A stretch of 64,000 nucleotides of DNA from NCBI RefSeq assembly GCF_018977255.1, contig NW_024704742.1, forward strand, positions 3,350,001 through 3,414,000. Reading direction: 5' to 3'. The translations under genes and the position numbers were made by a program. The notes under the pieces are model-generated. The model was not told where the DNA came from. It was given only the letters and a program-made list of their open reading frames with translations, and did not search any database. Shown piece by piece: positions 1 to 11,975 of this stretch; positions within the stretch are counted from its first letter, which is position 1; each line of letters opens with the position of its first letter. Source of the stretch: Callorhinchus milii. Taxonomy: Eukaryota.

Positions 1-149
1 TAAAGAAACCAGCAGAAGATTAGCTTCAAAACTGAGGCTGTGTTTAACAATTTGATAAATTCTGGAAGACCTAACATGCCACATTAGAATTGACCCAGGA
101 GGAATTCCTACCAATTGGAGCCCAATATTTACAGTGTGGAATTAGTAAC

Positions 150-570
150 AAATGGAAAACTGCGTTCACGTGAAGGAGAGATCCCTGGCTACACGTGATA
201 GGATCGAGACGTTTAAAATATTAAAGGGGATTCACAATCAAAAAAAGGCAGAAAAAAAAGGGCTCTTCGCTCCAGTAGGGGAATTAAGAACATGGAAACA
301 TAAGGTTAACATGAACAACAATTTGCATTTACTTAGCGGCCTTCACACGAGCTCACGTCTCAGAGCGCTCGAACGAAAGGGAAGACGGTTAGAAAGAAAG
401 CCAGAGAAACAATACACACAGAATCAATGTCAGTTCTTGGGTTGATCGACAGACACTCTTGAAGGCAGGGAATTAGGGGCAACGGAGAAAAGGCAGGAAA
501 CGGGATTAGAGCCAAAAAGAGCTACGATCTAATAAAAGGGTGGGACAGGCACAAAGGGATAAATGCTCTT
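150..570 (+). mobile_element. CR1 LINE 3' fragment (interrupted)
   Basis: RDRIETFKILKG...LFAPVGELRTWKHK resembles the CR1 C-terminal RGDLIETFKILKG...TRGH. Confidence 0.65.
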
Positions 571-649
571 TTCCCACAAGCGCAGTAAGTGCCGCTTGAG
601 TGGAGAAGGCCTCTTTATAAAATGATGGTCTTATTGTTTCTCCGTCCAG

Positions 650-1003
650 ATAACTCTCACCTGCTCGGAGTCCAGCCTGACCTCACAGCTGCTGCCGCCT
701 TGTACCGGGGTCCGGTCTACGCATTGCACGACATCGCAGACAAGATCCCGATGACCAACTCGCCGCTGCTCGACCCGCTGCCCAACCTTAAGATAAAGGT
801 CTACAATTCTTCCTGCGGCATCACGCCGCAAGAGGAGACGGTGGACCTGGCGGCCAAACTCTCCCCACGCAACACCGAGTCGCTGCTCGACAGTGAGACC
901 CAGAACCTCAAGAACCAAAGAGTGGTCGAGCAGAAGGACCCAACCTGCAGTGCGTTCGGGAGTTTCAACATCCTGGGCGGCCATCTTATAGTGCCCAACT
1001 CTG
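650..1003 (+). CDS. unc5c: unc5c coding exon (cytoplasmic juxtamembrane region to start of ZU5); upstream Ig/TSP/TM exons lie outside the window
   Basis: ccag|AT AAC...TCT G|gtaaat; encodes [53 protein letters not shown]...GGHLIVPNS, which matches UNC5C ([32 protein letters not shown]). Confidence 0.95.
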
Positions 1004-1727
1004 GTAAATCTCCCTGTGGTTTTATAAATCTAGGTAAATCTACCTACCCGTGATCGTACAGCTCCGGTAAATTGGTTCCACTCTACCGCAACTCGATTGC
1101 CGTGATAAAGCACCAGACAATCGGCACACGGATAGCATTTATCCCACAAACAGCCACACAGCGAGTGACCTAGCTTTATCTGGGAGATCGGTTGGCCAAG
1201 ACACCGGGAGAAACTCCCTTCTCTTCTAGAAACACGCAGACTGGATCTCAGCTTAACGTCTTATCTCCGACGAATACAGCACGTACGGCAATGCAACCCA
1301 ACTGTGTTGGAGTCTCAGGCTAGGCTTTTGTATCATTGCACCATGCAACAGGGTTAGGGTTAGGGTTGGGATTTAGGCACCGCTGTCAGTTCAAGATAGT
1401 GGGATCGTACGTACGTATTGTATTTCTTCACAAAAAATATTCCCCCGCGTAGAAATTCAAGGATAATAATAATAATAATAATAATAATCCTTGCATTTAT
1501 ATAGTGCTTTTCACGTCTTCTAGATTTACACATTTACTATTAAATAATCTGTTAAGAAATACAATAAATAAGATCAAAATTCCCCCCCACACCCCCCCCC
1601 CCCCCAACCCCTTCCCTTTGCCCATCCCTGGTTGATGATCACATGGTTGATATCCGGTGCCGATGTCAGCCTCAGCTCCTTCGCTACGCTGGATTTGCTT
1701 AGAACGTTCTTCTGTGATTGTTCCTAG

Positions 1728-1815
1728 GAATAAGCTTACTGGTGCCAGCAGGAGCCATTCCCCAGGGCAGAGTGTACGAGATGTATCTGACTGTACATCG
1801 GAAGGAGAACCTGAG
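1728..1815 (+). CDS. unc5c: unc5c coding exon (ZU5)
   Basis: cctag|GA ATA...CTG AG|gtaac; 88 nt; (G)[28 protein letters not shown](R); missed by the ORF track. Confidence 0.95.
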
Positions 1816-4800
1816 GTAACGGCGCTCGTTTATCCGGAGGCGTTTTACAAATTTACCTGTCCGTGTTCGAGATGTTTGTGTGTGCGTGTGCGTGCGCGCG
1901 TGCGCTGGTGCCTGTGTCTGTTGGTTGCAGTGCCTACCCTATTCAAGATTTGTCAAGAAATGCAAATGCATCTTTTTCACTGTGTTGCGTGTTGTAAGGG
2001 GACTTTGTATGCGTTATTTAATTAACGATGAAATGAGCCCACGCGCAAATTGGACATTAAACAGTTGATCCCTTTACGTTAGTTCCGCAGTCAATGATTA
2101 TACAAAGAGCAAAGCCCCGACTGGGCTGTCAAGAAACAAGTGTTACCGTATTTCCTGAGAGCAACAGGCAGCTGAGAGTCAGACAGATCTGCATCTGTTC
2201 CTGACTGAACTATATATTTTTATACCTGATTGGGTACTGTGTAGTGTAGTGTAGTGTAGTATAGTGACTGAGCGGCAACCAATTTCTTTACAACAATGTT
2301 CCACAGACAGCCATGAAGTGCATGAGCAATTTTATTTGGGGGATTGCTGGCCAGGACACTGGGAGAAACTCCCTTCTCTTTTCGAATAGTGCCATGGGAT
2401 CTTTAACGTCCACCTGAACAGGCAGACGGCACCTCAGTTTAACGTCACATTCAAAGGACAACACCTCCGACAATCAACAAGTATCTCCCCCTATAACTTT
2501 TCAGACTTTGAGGAGACTCTTTCAACTTTTTCCAAGGGCAGTGTCGCGGATCTCTAAGCCTCAGTTGTGCTACAGATGGCAGTGACTTGCCCAGTGTACT
2601 TCTTTAGTGTCGTTAGGCTAAAACCTCCAGGTTCAACAAGTAACTGTGGACCTGAGATTGAGTTGTTGGTGTTTGTTGACTTCCCACAACATCATGATGA
2701 CAGACTTAGGTTTGTAATGGGGCCTTGAGCCTCTCTGCCCCCACCCTCTGGAACTCCATCCCACAGTCCCTTCGCCTTACCCCTTCTCTTGCCTCCTTCA
2801 AGGCACGTCTCAAGACCCTTCTCTTTGTTCGTGCCTTCGGTCACCCTCGTACCCCTACCCTCCCTGCCCTCCACGCCTCCTGAACCCAATCCCCAACTCA
2901 GGTGCAAATCCTTGACTGTCCAGCGCCTCGGGACATCCTCCCGATGTGAAAGGTGCTATAACAAATGTAATTTGTTGTCGTAAGCAAATGCGTGTTACTT
3001 TTTCATGCTGTTCAAAGAAGCGGCCTTTAGTTTTGTCTCATTCGCCCCCACGCACATCCCCCAATTGTACAGATAATTGTTATAAAGAGTTCCAACGCAC
3101 AGTAAAGCCTATCTGCTAAGACCAGATGCATCTCCACGCTAATTGGCCACTGGTGGAGTTTCCGGCTGGATAAATCTGTGCCGTGGGTTTTACTCGTTTA
3201 ATGAGCCCCGAAAACTTCCCTGTTACAGGGCACCTGCCTGTGGGTCTAGGTCTGCGATTATAATTGAGATTGATAAACCCTGAAATATCTCACTGGGGAA
3301 AAACCGCGTGAAATGTTGCGTTGTCAGCACAGTGCCGCTTTGCGCTGATCAAGGTGATTCCGATCTTTCCCGAATGGAAGGGGAGGAGGGGGCAGAGGAG
3401 GAAGATTGCGGAAGAGTGCCCTCTGCTTCCCTCGGAGTTTAATAACTCTCCACCTTGCCCCCTCATTGTCCATCTGCGGATCGCGCCTGAAGACCTTCCT
3501 CTTCGACCGTGCCTGCCATCACCTCCCCTTCCTCTCCCCTGCTCGATGTCAATCTCAGCCGCTGTTAAAGCCTTCCAAGAAGCTACCCTGCGTGATGGAT
3601 GCTATGTAAGCGCAAGTTGGGGCCCAAACAGCAGCTCATGACAATCTTCCACAGCTCCGTGTTCCATGTTTTTATCCGTGCTCCTCCAGTCATTTCATTC
3701 AGGCAGTTACACTGTCAGACGCATCAGACCGTTGAGTTTTCAGCTCTCGGGTCCCATATTATCCCTTATAGCACCTGAGCTTTACTCACGTGGTTTACGG
3801 CCTCCCAAACACCTCTGGAGTGAAGCGCCCACGAAATGAGATGGATGGGGGAATGCAATGTAACTCGTGGTTTCGCACGGGTCTGCTATTCCCTTCCTAC
3901 CCTAGATCCACGTTTAATTCTCTCAGGCCTCGATCAAAGTAAGACCTTCTCCAGCTCTCTCAGCGTTTGCTGGTGCAGTGGTTTTCCATTCCAATACCTG
4001 CCGGTGCCTCCCAAGACGTGTCTCATCAAGTTCGCGCTTCCTTATTCCACTCCACTGTCTCCATCACCAGCTCCCGGCTCTGCGTAGCTTGGTTGAATGT
4101 TGTTTCTTTTTTTCTCTACTCAATTGCTAGAAGTAAGAACCCGACGTCAGCCTTTCCCTCACTCAATCCTGTCATCCCCACCCCTTTCTCTTTTGCCCTT
4201 ACCCTTCTCTCCCTCCCCCTCTCCTTTCTCTCTCTCTCTCTCTCTCTCTCCCCTGTCTCTTGCCCCACCACTCACCTCCGCCCCTCGGTTCATCCCTCCA
4301 ATTGCATCGTTCTTCATCCCTTCGACTCATCCCCTTCGGACGCAAAGGCAAGAGTGCTATCAACTGAGCCGGGCTGCCACTAACGAAAGAGAGAAGGGAG
4401 TTTCTCCCGGTGACCTTGCGACAATTGGCCATTCATATTTCATGGCTGTTTGCTTGTGGGCTATTGCTGTGTCGCATTTGCCTACAAAATCTAGGAATAT
4501 AGGAACAGAAGTAGGCCATTCAGCCCTTCGAACCTGTTCCGCCATTCTATTCAATCATGTCCGACGTGTATCTCAACTCCATTTACCAGCCTTTGCCCCA
4601 AATCCCTTGATCTCCTTATCTAACAAAGACCTATCCACTTTTGAATGGCAAACCCACAGTCATTACACCTTACACTAGATCCTGTATTTGAGACAAACTC
4701 CTGACCTGGGAGGCACTGTACCGAACGTAAGGATTATGAGCACAAGCTCACCCCTTTTTGAGTCGATTTAAAAACTGCGCCTGAAGCAAGAAGCCTTTTA

Positions 4801-4959
4801 GCCCACTTTTGCCGCGGACACCCAACCCAAGGCGGATTACTGCTCGGAGACATCAAAAGACAAAACGTTGCCGTTCTGAATCCGGGATCAAGTTTGACGT
4901 TTTGCGAACCCGTGAGACTGGTGTGGAATGTCTAACCCGTGGTGTGCGATACCCCTTAG

Positions 4960-5128
4960 GCCGTCGCTCGAGGGCAGTCAGACGCTGCTGAGTCCGGTGG
5001 TCAGCTGTGGTCCTCCAGGCGCCCTGTTGACCCGTCCTGTCGTCCTCACCATCCACCACTGCGCGGAACCCAACTCAGAGGATTGGCTGATGCAGCTGAA
5101 GAGCCAGTCTGGGCAGGGAAGCTGGGAG
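4960..5128 (+). CDS. unc5c: unc5c coding exon (ZU5)
   Basis: ttag|G CCG...TGG GAG|gtgagc; 169 nt; [56 protein letters not shown]. Confidence 0.95.
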
Positions 5129-5389
5129 GTGAGCGGTCGAGCTACATTATTGATGTGCGAACCTCCTTGGAATGCGGTGGAACGCTGTTAAAATGCTTAA
5201 TATTTAAACAACTTTAATGGCATTTTCTCCTCCTCCTCCTCCCCCTCCTCCTCCTCCTCCTCCTCAGTATCTTGCTGCCAAGTCCGGGTTGAGCAGCCCC
5301 TCTCCGTCTGTCACCGTCCCCTGCCAACCTTCTGGGTTCCAGATAATAAAGTCCCTGTGAGTGCTGACATTTTCCTGGTTTGTCCGACT

Positions 5390-5578
5390 CACTCTCACTC
5401 CCTTGCCCTACCCTCCCACCCTCCTTACTCCATTCACCCTCCCTCCCTTCCCACTCCCCCCTCTCTCTTCGTCCCCACTCCTCTTTCCACTCTCCCTCTC
5501 CTTCACCCCCCCTCTCCCCTTCCTGCCTCCCTCAATCCCTCCCTCCATGTCCCCCCCCCGTTCCCCCCCCCCGCCCTT
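5390..5578. repeat. low-complexity polypyrimidine tract
   Basis: almost pure C/T for ~190 nt. Confidence 0.85.
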
Positions 5579-6229
5579 TATAGGACAAATTACAATAATA
5601 TTCCTTGCATTTGACCTTACACGTTATTGCCATCTGAAAGCGCTTCACGGAGTATACTGTAAAGTGAATTGACTGTATAGTTGTTGGGCGAAAGTTGAAA
5701 GGATTGTTTGTTGTAAATAAATTCTCTGTTGTAACGTTCACAGCGAAACAGGCTACGGTACCTCACTCTGGACTCACAATCACCGGGGTTTCAATGAGGC
5801 TCCAATATAAATTGCCCGGTAACCAAAGCAAACCTGTTCAGAAATAACAGAAATAGGAAACAATTACAAGTGAAGGAATCCCGGAGCTGTCGGTGCGAAT
5901 GAGGTCCTTTTTTCGACCATATTTTATTTAGCCTTTTGAGGGAAACGATACGTCCCGATCCCAATGCTTCCAGGTCTGGAGCTGCAAACGGAACCCAACC
6001 CTCGGGAGACGCCGGGAATTTCTGCTCTGTGCCGCCATCTGCTGGCGAGTGCAGGGCTGGTTAGCCGAACGCTCCCTGAATATTTCCGGCAATTTGCACG
6101 TCATTCGATTTTGTTTTGTTGTTGTTGCTGTTGTGGGTGGGTGGACGCGTCAGCCGACTTGCGCACCGCGTCGCCCAATATCCCACAAACAGCTGTCGAG
6201 TGGATCGCCCAATTTTGTAGCGGGAGCTG

Positions 6230-6460
6230 ATGGCCGGGACGTTCGGGAGAAACTCCCTTCTCACGTTTAGCGGCACGAGATCTTTATCGCCCGTTCGAAC
6301 AGGCAGGCGGTTTAAAGGTCTCTAAGCAATGTCTCGTGCCCCGTGCGTTACATTGGAGTGTCACACAGACTATATGAGTTCGAAGTCTGGACCTGGGGCT
6401 TGAACCCACAGCCTTCTGATTCAGAAGCGAGAGAGTGCTACCAACTGAGCCAGGCTGACG
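6230..6460 (-). mobile_element. longer tRNA-headed Deu-domain SINE (family B, SacSINE1/AmnSINE1-like); other copies at about 1195(-), 2270(-), 18780(+), 23690(-), 39295(-), 42300(-), 47050(-), 58085(-), 63410(-)
   Basis: minus-strand head GTCAGCCTGGCTCAGTTGGTAGCACTCT...GGGTTCAAGCCC (A and B boxes); shared block ggagaaactcccttct...gccatgggatctttaacgtccacctgaacaggcagac. Confidence 0.75.
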
Positions 6461-7085
6461 CACGCATGTCTTTCATTTCACTTCCAACGTCCAACTAGTG
6501 TTGATCAGTAACTGTGACAATATCGTGGTGAGGAATACAAATGAGCGATGAATTACCTGGAGCACATAAATTTCCTACAAGAGGAAACTTCACGTAAAGA
6601 GACTGCGTCAAGAGCTCCGGTAGCTCCCTCCAGCTCACAAAGCCAGTGAAGAATCCGATAATTACTGATAATTCATTTTGCTATGATTGTTTTGACCTCC
6701 GCTCGCACACTTCAACAATAATTCAAAACCACATGAAGTCGGAGGGATAGTGGGGGGAGGATTGAACGGATATCCATGGCATTTCCATACTTAATACAGG
6801 TTTCACACTTGACAATATATTCTGTGAAGCACTTTGAGACATCTCAACGACATGATAAGGCGCTACGTCAAATGCAAAGATTATTATTATTACTATCATT
6901 ATTATTCAAGGATAATGCCACTGAACAGGTTACCCGGCACCAATAATGCCTTATTGGTGAGTCAGAGAGGAGAGAACGTTAGAAGTGATTCACGGCCTGT
7001 GCCGCTGAAGGGGTAAGGGTAGCAAGCACCACCGACGGCTTCTGAGAGGACCTGAAGTGTTCTACGCTGTTGTTTTCGCCCACAG

Positions 7086-7319
7086 GATGCCGTGGTGATC
7101 GGAGCAGAGACCCTCAGCTCCTCCTGTTACGTCCAGCTGGATTCCCAAGCCTGTCACATTCTGACTGAGCAGCTTGGCACCTACTGTCTAGCCGGGCGAT
7201 CCATCAACAAGGCAGCTACCAAGCGGCTGAAGCTGGCCATATTCGCCCCGGCTCTGTGCGAGTCCCTCGATTACAGCATCCGTGTCTACTGCCTGGACGA
7301 CACCCAGGACACCCTGAAG
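7086..7319 (+). CDS. unc5c: unc5c coding exon (ZU5/UPA, DCC-binding region)
   Basis: cacag|GAT...CTG AAG|gtacg; 234 nt; DAVVIGAE...CHILTEQLGTY...KRLKLAIFAP...YSIRVYCLDDTQDTLK. Confidence 0.95.
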
Positions 7320-8099
7320 GTACGTGTTACGGCTTAACCCACGAGCACTCTTGCTTTTAGTCGCTCACTGCTCGTAACCTAACGGTCGTTTGTGTCCTTT
7401 AATAGCCTGAACAGCCCGGTAACCATTCCACTTGGATCTCGATTCACTCTACTTTCTTGGTGTGTCAAAGAGTCGAGAAACAATTTTAAACGCGGACTTA
7501 ATTTCGTTAGCCAGTTCACTGTTAAGTTTCTCTTCATGGGAAACGGCAGAAAAATGGTTCATGTTCAACAATTTGCCAAATTCGATATAAATAAATCAAT
7601 AAACGAATGGATGAATGGATGTATTACGTTTAAATAAATAGATGCTATATAAATAAGGTAAATCTGGACCAGGATGAAGTTTCTCCACCTATACCTGGTA
7701 TAGTCTTATAGAGTTATAGTCTATGAATTCTAATAGTTAGAGAATCAGCATAGAAGTAGATGATATGACCTATTGAACCTGTAATTGGTGCCAATAACCC
7801 CACTGGAGCTCTTTCACAGAACAGGAATGTTTTACAAGAAAAGGCTTTACGTGAATAAAGTACAAAGGGCACTGAAAACAGTACATGAATGGCGTGGAGA
7901 ATGGCGACGTCACTTTATTCACGTGAAGCTTCTGAGATTTCGGTCTGATATCTCAAAGGGCTTCTATAATACGTTGCTTCGGACCACCGCGACTTCTGTT
8001 TCCAGGCAATTATTTGCACCAGAAACATCCTTCGAACAGCCATAAAATCAATGTACAGATTTGTGTACACCCACACCCATGCCATGACCATCCCTCCTC

Positions 8100-8780
8100 A
8101 CTACCCCCCCCCCACCTCCTCAATAATGCCCGTCTCCGCCACGATCTCTTCCCTCAAGCTACCGAGACCCTCACCTATGCTTTCATAACCCCCAGGCTTG
8201 ACAATGTTAAACTCCCTATTCGCTGGACTTCCCAACACTTCCCTCCCACAAGCTGAAGATTACTCAGAACTCTGGAGCTCCTGTCCTCTCCTGCAACAGC
8301 CTCCGTGAGCTGATCTCCCCCGCCCTCGTTCGGCTTCGCTGGCTCCCCGTGCCCCAGACGATTAGAGTTTAAGATCCTTTTCCTCACTTTTAAATCCCTC
8401 CATGGGTCTTGTTCCTCCAAACTCTTGTGACCTATTAAAACCTTACCGATCTGCCCGCTCCCTCTTCTCGGCAAGCACAGACCTACTCTATGTCCCTCAC
8501 CCTTCCAGCCTGACCATCAGCAGTCGGGCCTTCAGCTTTTCTGCCCCAAAACTCTCTGGAACATAAGTCCCTCCACCTCACCCCTTCTGTTGCCTCCTCT
8601 AAGGCCCATCTCAAGATCTTCCTCTTTGATCGTGCCTTCAGTCATCTTGCCACCCCCGCCCTTTGCCCTCCACCCCTCTTGATTCCAACCCCCTGCTCGG
8701 GTTCAAACCCTTAGTAGTCTAGCGCCTTGGGACATCCTCCCAACATGAAAGCATTATAATAAGGGCAATTTGTTGTTAAT
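8100..8780 (+). mobile_element. L2 LINE 3' fragment; related fragments at about 2720(+), 3400(+), 10300(-), 33780(+), 40945(-), 41520(-), 43790(+), 48660(+), 51225(+), 53390(+), 55270(-)
   Basis: ARLRH...ETLTYAFITPRLD and the degenerate LRWLPV..RLEFKILFLTFKSLHG are L2 RT C-terminal motifs; ends in a (TTG)n tail. Confidence 0.8.
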
Positions 8781-9092
8781 GTACGATTAATCGGTGTGTG
8801 ACATTGTTTTTTTTGGATGAATTTAAATGAGAAAAGAAGAGTGGTCTGGGCACCAAGAGGAGTCCCTGCTCTTCAAAGTCCCTGCCATGGGACCTTTCTC
8901 ATCCATCTGAACATTTAGAACTGGCATCCAGTGCCTCCATTTAATATCTAATTTAAAGGAATGAGCACCCACTCTGTGGCCCTAATGAACGAGCGTCGAT
9001 AGTGATTTTTTATTCTGAGTCCTGCGGAGACCATCGATATTGCCGATCGCTTGTTGAACGGGTTTGATCGAAGTCCTCGACTTTGTCCGTAG

Positions 9093-9242
9093 GAAGTGAT
9101 TGAGATGGAGAGGCAGTTGGGAGGACAGCTGGTGGACGAGCCAAAGACCCTTCTCTTCAAGGACAGTACCCACAACCTGCGTTTGTCCATCCATGACATC
9201 CCTCATTCCCTCTGGAGAAGCAAACTGCTGACCAAGTACCAG
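9093..9242 (+). CDS. unc5c: unc5c coding exon (UPA)
   Basis: cgtag|GAA...TAC CAG|gtaag; 150 nt; [50 protein letters not shown]. Confidence 0.95.
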
Positions 9243-10051
9243 GTAAGAATTCTATTTGATCCTGGGTGAAGTAAGTATTGATGTTATATTTGCTGCGTCA
9301 TAAAGCCCTCCGGGGCGCTATGAAAGGCGCTATATCAATGCAAGTTGTTGTTGTTGTTGTGCTGTGTCATGGGTTTCTGATGTAGAACCATGGGAATCGA
9401 GCCCTCTGAACGTCTAAACTCGAAACATCCTGTTTTAGTGACACGTGGAAACCAATACGAAGCCATAGAGAACTGTAGAGATGAGCCATCGTGTCTGTGG
9501 CGGCTCTTTCAAGAGCAAAGCTTTCGCCTTCCAGGAACTCACAAAATGGGCTTGTATTGCTGGATCTATAAGTCTCGACACCATATGACGGAGATTTAAT
9601 CGGGTCACAAAGTCCCATCAATTATTTGGAGGTCTTAGGTCTCAGAATCAATCCTTCTGTAACGTCGCTTCCTTTGAGCGCAATAACAGAATGTTGCCCA
9701 TCATTTCTTGTCACCTCGGGAAAAAGCATCAATACCTGATCCCAGTGTGATCCCAGATCCCACATGTCCTGTGATCAGTCTCCATGATCTACATTTGACC
9801 TTATTAACTCCTGCGTTAAGCAGGTGTAAAGCCATTTAAATTTGTGACCCTGTGGTGAATTAAGGACCGACACAAATTCTTCCAATCAAAATTCACGTCA
9901 AAGTTATACGTTTCATCAAATCAAATGAATGCTCACGAACAGGTTAGTAAAGTTCACTGCAGTGAACGGGTCAAACTAATACAGTGGCTTTGATGAGGAA
10001 TCGGCTTGTTAATCCGCGTTGATTAACGCTTCTCTCTTTACTTCTGTGCAG

Positions 10052-10216
10052 GAGATTCCGTTTTACCACATATGGAGTGGCTGTCAGGGGAGCCTTCACT
10101 GTACCTTCACCCTGGAGCGTTTCAGCCTGCTCACCACGGAGCTGGTGTGTAAGCTGTGCGTGCGGCAGGTCGAAGGCGAGGGACAAATCTTTCAGATCCA
10201 GTGCACCTTGTCTGAG
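10052..10216 (+). CDS. unc5c: unc5c coding exon (UPA)
   Basis: tgcag|GAG...TCT GAG|gtttg; 165 nt; [55 protein letters not shown]. Confidence 0.95.
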
Positions 10217-11838
10217 GTTTGTCGACTTGTTTGTGTCCGCGATCGACGGGGAAGAAGTCCAAAGTAGATCAGAGTAGTAACAGGCAGAGGGGATCGTGCG
10301 CAAAACCGATTGCGACCTGAGGTGGAATCCTAGAGCCAAGGTCGCTCGCTCAGGGAGCGGAGGCCTTAAAGTCTTATGGGGCGGGGGAGGCAGAGGAGGT
10401 AGAAGGAGGGGGGCACGAGGTTGTAGGAGGAAAAGAGTGCTAGAATGAGGTCCCGAGGTTACTGGAGTGGGTGCCGGGGTCTGAGTGGCACATGTGAGCG
10501 CCTGGTTGTGGGACTTTGCTGAGCAGAAATTGGCTGTCACATTCGACCACAAAAACACAAGTCACTTCACTTGACACTAATCCCTGGAGAACGCTTTGAG
10601 GTTTTTTTTTCACACTGTAGGCGCTGTGTCAAACGGAAGGATCATTAATGTTAGGGTTGTTGTCTTGCCCCCCCCACCCCCCACCCACCCACCCCTGCAG
10701 TGTTGAAAGTTTTACCAGTGCACTTCATCCCTGTGTGTGTGTGTGAGTTGATGCTTTTAAATGCGCAAAAATGCGTAACGATGAACCAGGACAACCATTG
10801 CAAAAGGTATATAATAACACATGTGTATATATCTAATTGGCTGCCGCCTTTCATCCACAAAATATACAGTCAGTTCACTTGTTCTGTGAAGGGCTCGGAG
10901 ACGTCTCGAAGACGTGATGAGGCGCTATACCAAATGCGAGGATTGTTATTATTATTATAAGAAGAATCGTGTATGGTATGATTTGCTGACTGAAGGGGGG
11001 GGGGCGGGAGGGGGGTGGTTTATGTATCTCCTCTCGAGTGCGAGCGCGAGGAAACAGCCGTGAGCTCTTAATCGAAGGCCAGCACCTGCGAAACAAGCTC
11101 GCCGGACGCGAAGGTCCCCGGTCGGGCAGCCAGACACACAGTGAAAGCGTGCGCTTTTTACCCCTCGTTAATTAAACGAATGCCCAACTCTGCGTTAATG
11201 AACGACCACAGGAATTACAACCACCAAAACACCCCCCCAACCCCCCCCCCCCCCACCCCCGCCCGGCTCGACCCCTTTAACAGGCTCTGCAACGGCCCTT
11301 TCCGAGCTCCAGTAGCTTCGCAAACGAGACGCGGCTCGGCAGAGCCGGGGCGAGGTGACGATAGGGATGTGCCCTGAATCTGTCAGTCACGGGCAGCGAG
11401 CGCCGATCACTTCAAGGGGCCTTTTGTCAGCGAATCTCCAAAGGGTCTAATTAGTACCTGAGGAAATTAGTGGATCTGTCACAGCGGACGTTTTTTGGAA
11501 CCGAATATTATTTGCACAACTCAGGCTTTTATCTTGTGAAAGTGCCCTTGATACACTGCCAGGCCAGACAGACACACAGACAGACACACAGACACACAGA
11601 CAGACATCCCTTACATCCACAGCGAACCAAGCCACTGGTAGATTAAGAGGCGACAAATAGAAAAGACATTAAATCCTCTTCAGAGTCGGGGAGGGCGTTG
11701 GGGGCGTTGGGGGCGTGGGGGGCGTGGGGGGGGGGAATGAGGGGGTTTTTTGTCATTAAAAAGGTGTTAGTTTGAGCCACGGTGTATCTGTTTTTGTTTG
11801 TAGTGGGAAGCACAAACACTTAACGCATTGCTCTTCAC

Positions 11839-11975
11839 ATACACACACACACACACACGCACACACACAAACATACACACACGCACACACACACAAACAC
11901 ACACACGCACACACGCACAAATACACACAAACACATGCACACACACAAACATACACGCAAACACACACACACACG
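11839..11975. repeat. compound (CA)n microsatellite
   Basis: interrupted CA run. Confidence 0.95.
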
